Positions 60,006 to 64,000 of a stretch of DNA of 64,000 bases are shown in pieces (position 1 is the first letter of the stretch; every line of letters begins with the position of its first letter). Made by a program: the position numbers and the translations under genes. The stretch spans positions 9,059,979 through 9,123,978 of the forward strand of contig CAJINV010000003.1 in NCBI GenBank assembly GCA_905178155.1, written 5' to 3'. The notes below the pieces were generated by a model. The model saw only the letters and a program-made list of their open reading frames with translations, ran no database searches and was not told where the DNA came from. This stretch comes from Amoebophrya sp. A120. Taxonomy: Eukaryota; Protista; Dinoflagellata.

Positions 60006-63000
60006 TCAGCTGGGGAAATACTCGACGTGGTCGAACTTATCGCTGCCGACACGCATCCACCACACGTAATCACTGTCAACGTAGATGGTAGAATTAGCGT
60101 ACCGATGGCCAAACGCGTTATAGGGTGGGGTTCCGGGTGTGCGGCTGTGTAACAGGGAGAGCCCGATTCCCGGAAAATTTGCCAAATTGAAGTCGTGCCC
60201 CGAGGCGTAGTATTGGGTTTTCGCGGCGTATGCGTACATATCCTGCAGGAAGCCCTGCAAGGAATGATCTCCGTCGAGAAACACCACATCTAGGTCTTCC
60301 AAGTTGTGGGTGGCTCTCATGCTATTGCGGCGATGAACGAATAGCCCTACGCTGTCACGGCCGACGCGCTGGTTCTCCTCGACGATGAAAGGCCCCGGGA
60401 TCTGTGTCCGGTACCGTTGGCGGGCACGCCTCAGCAGAATTTGCGGAGTGACTACCGGTTCCGCTGGCTTGACCACTTCTGATGGCGCGGCTTCTCGGCT
60501 CGCGATGCTGCTTGTCGATGCTGTTCTTGCAGTGCTCGTAGATGAGATTGCAGATGTAGATGAAGTGCTAGTGCTTCTGCTGTCTTCAAGTAGAACATCA
60601 TCCTCTACAACGTGCTCTTGTTCTTGCTTGTGATTTTCACGTTGAGCAGCGGCTACGAGTTCTTTTTCAGGATGATCTCCTCGCGATCGTTCATCTTCAG
60701 GATGATCCTCGGCTTCAGGGTCGTTGGTCATGGTGGCGAAGTGCGTGAGATTCCTTATCACCGATTCGTAGACCGTGTCGGCCGATTCGGAAACGTCCGT
60801 CACTTCGGCCATCAGTCGAAACTCGTCCATTTCCTGCAGCCAGGGGTCCACCAGATGGTACTGAATCAGGATCCAGCCCGGTAGTTGGCATCGCGCGAGA
60901 ACGTCCATTGTCGTTTTCCCTTGGAAGATGCCGATCTCCGCGACGCGCAGCAAGTACGCATCTTGCATCAGCTTCTTGCGCAGAAACAAAAAGACCTCCT
61001 GTCGCAGTTTCTCCATCAGTGCGAAATTCACAGACTCGGCAAGATGTATCGCGACCGGCGTAATCTCGTCCTCTACTCTACTCCGCTCGTCAATGCTGCT
61101 CTGCTCCGCCTTGGAAGGAGGTAGAGAATCACCAACATCTTCGTCTTCGTTAGTACCGCCTCTTCCTGTTCGACTGCGTGCGTCCGGATCATTTTTTCCG
61201 TCGTCGTCGTCGTCCGGTTCACGTGCGGCGCCCTTGTTCTCTTGTTTAGACAAGAAGGTTTGCAACTGGTTGAGGCGGTGCGCCACGTTGCGCGCTTCCT
61301 GGCCAAATTGCTCGAGAATTGGCCTCGCCGAGTACCAGTGCTCAATCGGAACATACTCCAGCGGGGCCCCGCCTTGCTGGTTCTCCCGCCCCTGGTCCTG
61401 CTGCTTCGCAAAAAACCGGAGTCCAGCTAACACGGCGTCCATCGCGGTGTCTAGGCTGAATTCTCCATCTTCGTTTGTACTGATCTGAAAATCTCCCTCG
61501 AAGATGCCACCTTGGTCGGCGGAGCGCGTGCGCTCACTCAGCAATGTGAAGTCTTTCGGTGTGGGGTACAAAATCCACTGTCGGGTCTTCTCGAGGAGAC
61601 GACCGAACAGGATCCGCTTTTCTGTGACCGCCTTCTGGAGCAGGGTGCAAAGGACCTCAGAGGCCTTTGTTACGCGTCGGTCCGCCGCGCCCCGTGTGCG
61701 CTCGCGCGGAAGATCAAACATGTTGAAGCCGGACCGCAGGTTTTTGCCGGTCGGCAGTAGAAGATCATGCCCCGATCTTCTCGCATGATCCGGCGGCTGC
61801 GCAAAACGAACGCTGCCGTAAGCCGCCAAATCAGTTTTAATTACGGACACAGCTGGCGGTGCCGCTGCACTTGTTTTATCCGCTTCGGCTTCGCTTGCTG
61901 CCGATGCCGCGGGCGACAGGTAACCGAACGTTTCCTCTGCGTAGTGTCGTAATTCCAGAGTTTCAATCAGCGTGTCCCAGTGCGAAAGGAAGTTGGCCGT
62001 CCATGCATGCCACACGTCGGCGACTGTGTAGATTCCGGTGCGGGGGAATCCCGACATTTCCACCAGTAATCGGTCTTCCCCACTGGCCTCCAGAGCGGCT
62101 AGCGTTTGCACACGGCTCCCAATCACGCTGCCACGAACAGCCTCCTCCTCGTCCCGTCGCAGGTCCATCAGAACGTGCCGAACCTCTTGAAACGTCTCGC
62201 CGCCCGCAAGCACCTCGCGATAATCGGCGGCTAGGGGAGCTGAGTGGTGCTGTTGTAATTTCAATTCTACGTCGCTTTTTAGCCTGGACGTGACATCAGA
62301 AACGAACGCTCCTGTGGCCTCCCCGTTGCGCCGAGCTTCCTCGCTAGTAACTGTGCGATCTCGGACCGGATTCGTACCAGCTCCAGCGCCGCCCGCGGCT
62401 ATACTTCTCGTCCTCGAGAATGCAGAGCGCGGCCACCGTTCGCGAGGCAGCAAACTCAAAGAGGGCGGAGGGCGCCTGCCTTGTGGAGATTTTCTAGTGC
62501 CCGTACGTTGTACATTATCATTTCCAAAGTTACTGCGTTCCGCATCTTCGCTCAGGTCCTCTGAGGACGGCGAAGCAAATTCGGAGTCTGCTTCGTCGTC
62601 GTGCCCTAAAAGCTTTTTCCTAAAGCCCGGTCCGTTGCGGTCGTCGCTGTGTTCCTCCGCATACCCGAAATTATGCACCACTTCGCGAACAACGTCATTC
62701 TCTTCGTCAACCAGAAGCGTGCCTGTCCCCCCGTAGACGGCGTCACGTGGTGCTATGGAGCTCTCAACAAGCGTTACATTGATCCCTGTTGCATGCCTTG
62801 TGTATGTGCAAGAATACTAGCAAAACTGCAAGGGAAAGCTTGCCGCGGGTCTTGCATTTAAGTATTTACAGATTATTTGACATTGGCAAAAATTTCGGTG
62901 CTATGTGGTGCGTGGAGAACAAACTTGTCGTGCGAAGTAGCTTGATCGACGTGTCGTGAAGGGTTAACGTCAGTGAAGACTCTGACTCTGCACGACATCA

Positions 63001-64000
63001 AATCATGTAACAGCGATCGATGTCGCGTTTGAGAGTTCCATAGGTGCCGACACTTCGCCTCGGGCTTCCTCCAACTGCTTCTCGATGTCGCGGTCTTCGC
63101 GCCACTCCTCCCACGCTTTCAAGTGCTCACTCACCCAGAACAGTGGCGCCTGGCGCTCGATTGACTCGTGCATCGCGTAGGTGCAATTTCTTGGCAGAAA
63201 AACCGGCTGCGGCAGCACGTGGGTGATGTTCTGCGTAGACGACAAAATTCGGTGCTCCCACAGATAATGCCAGGGATCCCGCTGCAGAATGTCGCGCATG
63301 CTCCCTTCAAAGCTCTCCTCTTCCTCTTTCTCCTCGTTGTTGCTTTGTTCCACCCCGTTGTGGTCCCCTCCACCTCCTTGGTTGCTTTCTGAACTTGCCT
63401 GTTGCGCAGGCTCCACTTCAGCATCTCTTGCTGCTCTACTAAAACTGGGTCCACCGTCTTCCCGCAGGTGGTGTTCGTCTGGACTTGTCATTTGCGTGGA
63501 AGAACTGGAGGTGGCTCCAGCGTCTGCAGCGGCTCTTTCTGGTGCAACTTCTACCTGCGCCACTCGAAGTACGGAAGCTGGCTTCATCCACCCTTTGGGT
63601 TCGAGGAGCACTCCCATGTTTCCCAGAAACGTGTCGTCCCCACGAGATTCCGTCCATAGGCGCGTCCAGAGCTGCTCGGCACTGCACCGACTTCGCCCAG
63701 CACCGAAGGCTGGGTGGAACTTCGGCTCGCAACGGTCGTGCAGTGCCTGAAGATCCGTAAAAATGATACGATGCATGCGCTCGCAAAGGCTTTTCAACGC
63801 CAGGGCTTCCTGCATAACGCAATGCGGAAAACTTCTGCCATCCCGAACCCACTTCGGAGATAGCTCCAGGTCTGCGCTCCAAAACTTTTGGTGCGTGCGT
63901 AACCAGAAACGATAAGACGAAAGCACTTCCTCACACTGTGGGATTACGAAGTCGTAATCATGGTTCCTCGGCTTTCCACCGCCCTGCTTAGCGGAATTTC
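60006..64000 (-). CDS. Protein with a C-terminal class I SAM-dependent methyltransferase (Methyltransf_24-like) domain; 5' end outside window
   Basis: VAEIGIFQGKT, LVDPW, DVVFLDGDHS..G...D, GHDF. The upstream exon is open to base 64000 and joins in frame across 62754-63042. Confidence 0.85.
62754..63042. mobile_element. Introner, family D
   Basis: TATGGAGCTCTCAA...ACATTGATC pairs with GATCGATGT...TTGAGAGTTCCATA; perfect repeat GGTGC; removal gives EVSAP-RDAVYGG. Confidence 0.92.

Noticed and set aside
7013-63760. Plus-strand ORFs of 100-260 aa
   Set aside because: They overlap longer minus-strand genes and lack motifs; antisense shadows in GC-rich coding DNA.

Overview
Eukaryotic nuclear DNA, most likely a syndinian dinoflagellate such as Amoebophrya. 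This is an inference from three things: every gene is on the minus strand, there is a dinoflagellate spliced-leader relic, and many introns are non-canonical and flanked by inverted repeats. The window holds about 13 intron-containing genes: a START lipid-transfer protein, a kinesin, a beta-hydroxyacid dehydrogenase, an HSPBAP1-like JmjC protein, a zf-CW protein, a GT32 glycosyltransferase, a class I methyltransferase and several low-complexity hypotheticals. The main signal is at least 15 short (170-450 bp) transposon-like inserts inside coding sequence. They belong to several TIR families but share one architecture: 5-bp direct repeat, TAT... terminal inverted repeat ...ATA, 5-bp direct repeat. 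Ten have perfect repeats. Removing the element plus one repeat copy restores the reading frame in every case, including across catalytic motifs. Most cannot be given GT-AG ends, and one family occurs in both orientations within a single gene, which points to orientation-independent, non-canonical splicing. IR/DR-flanked introners are already known from Amoebophrya; the finer rules given here are my own reading of the sequence, and splicing itself needs RNA evidence.
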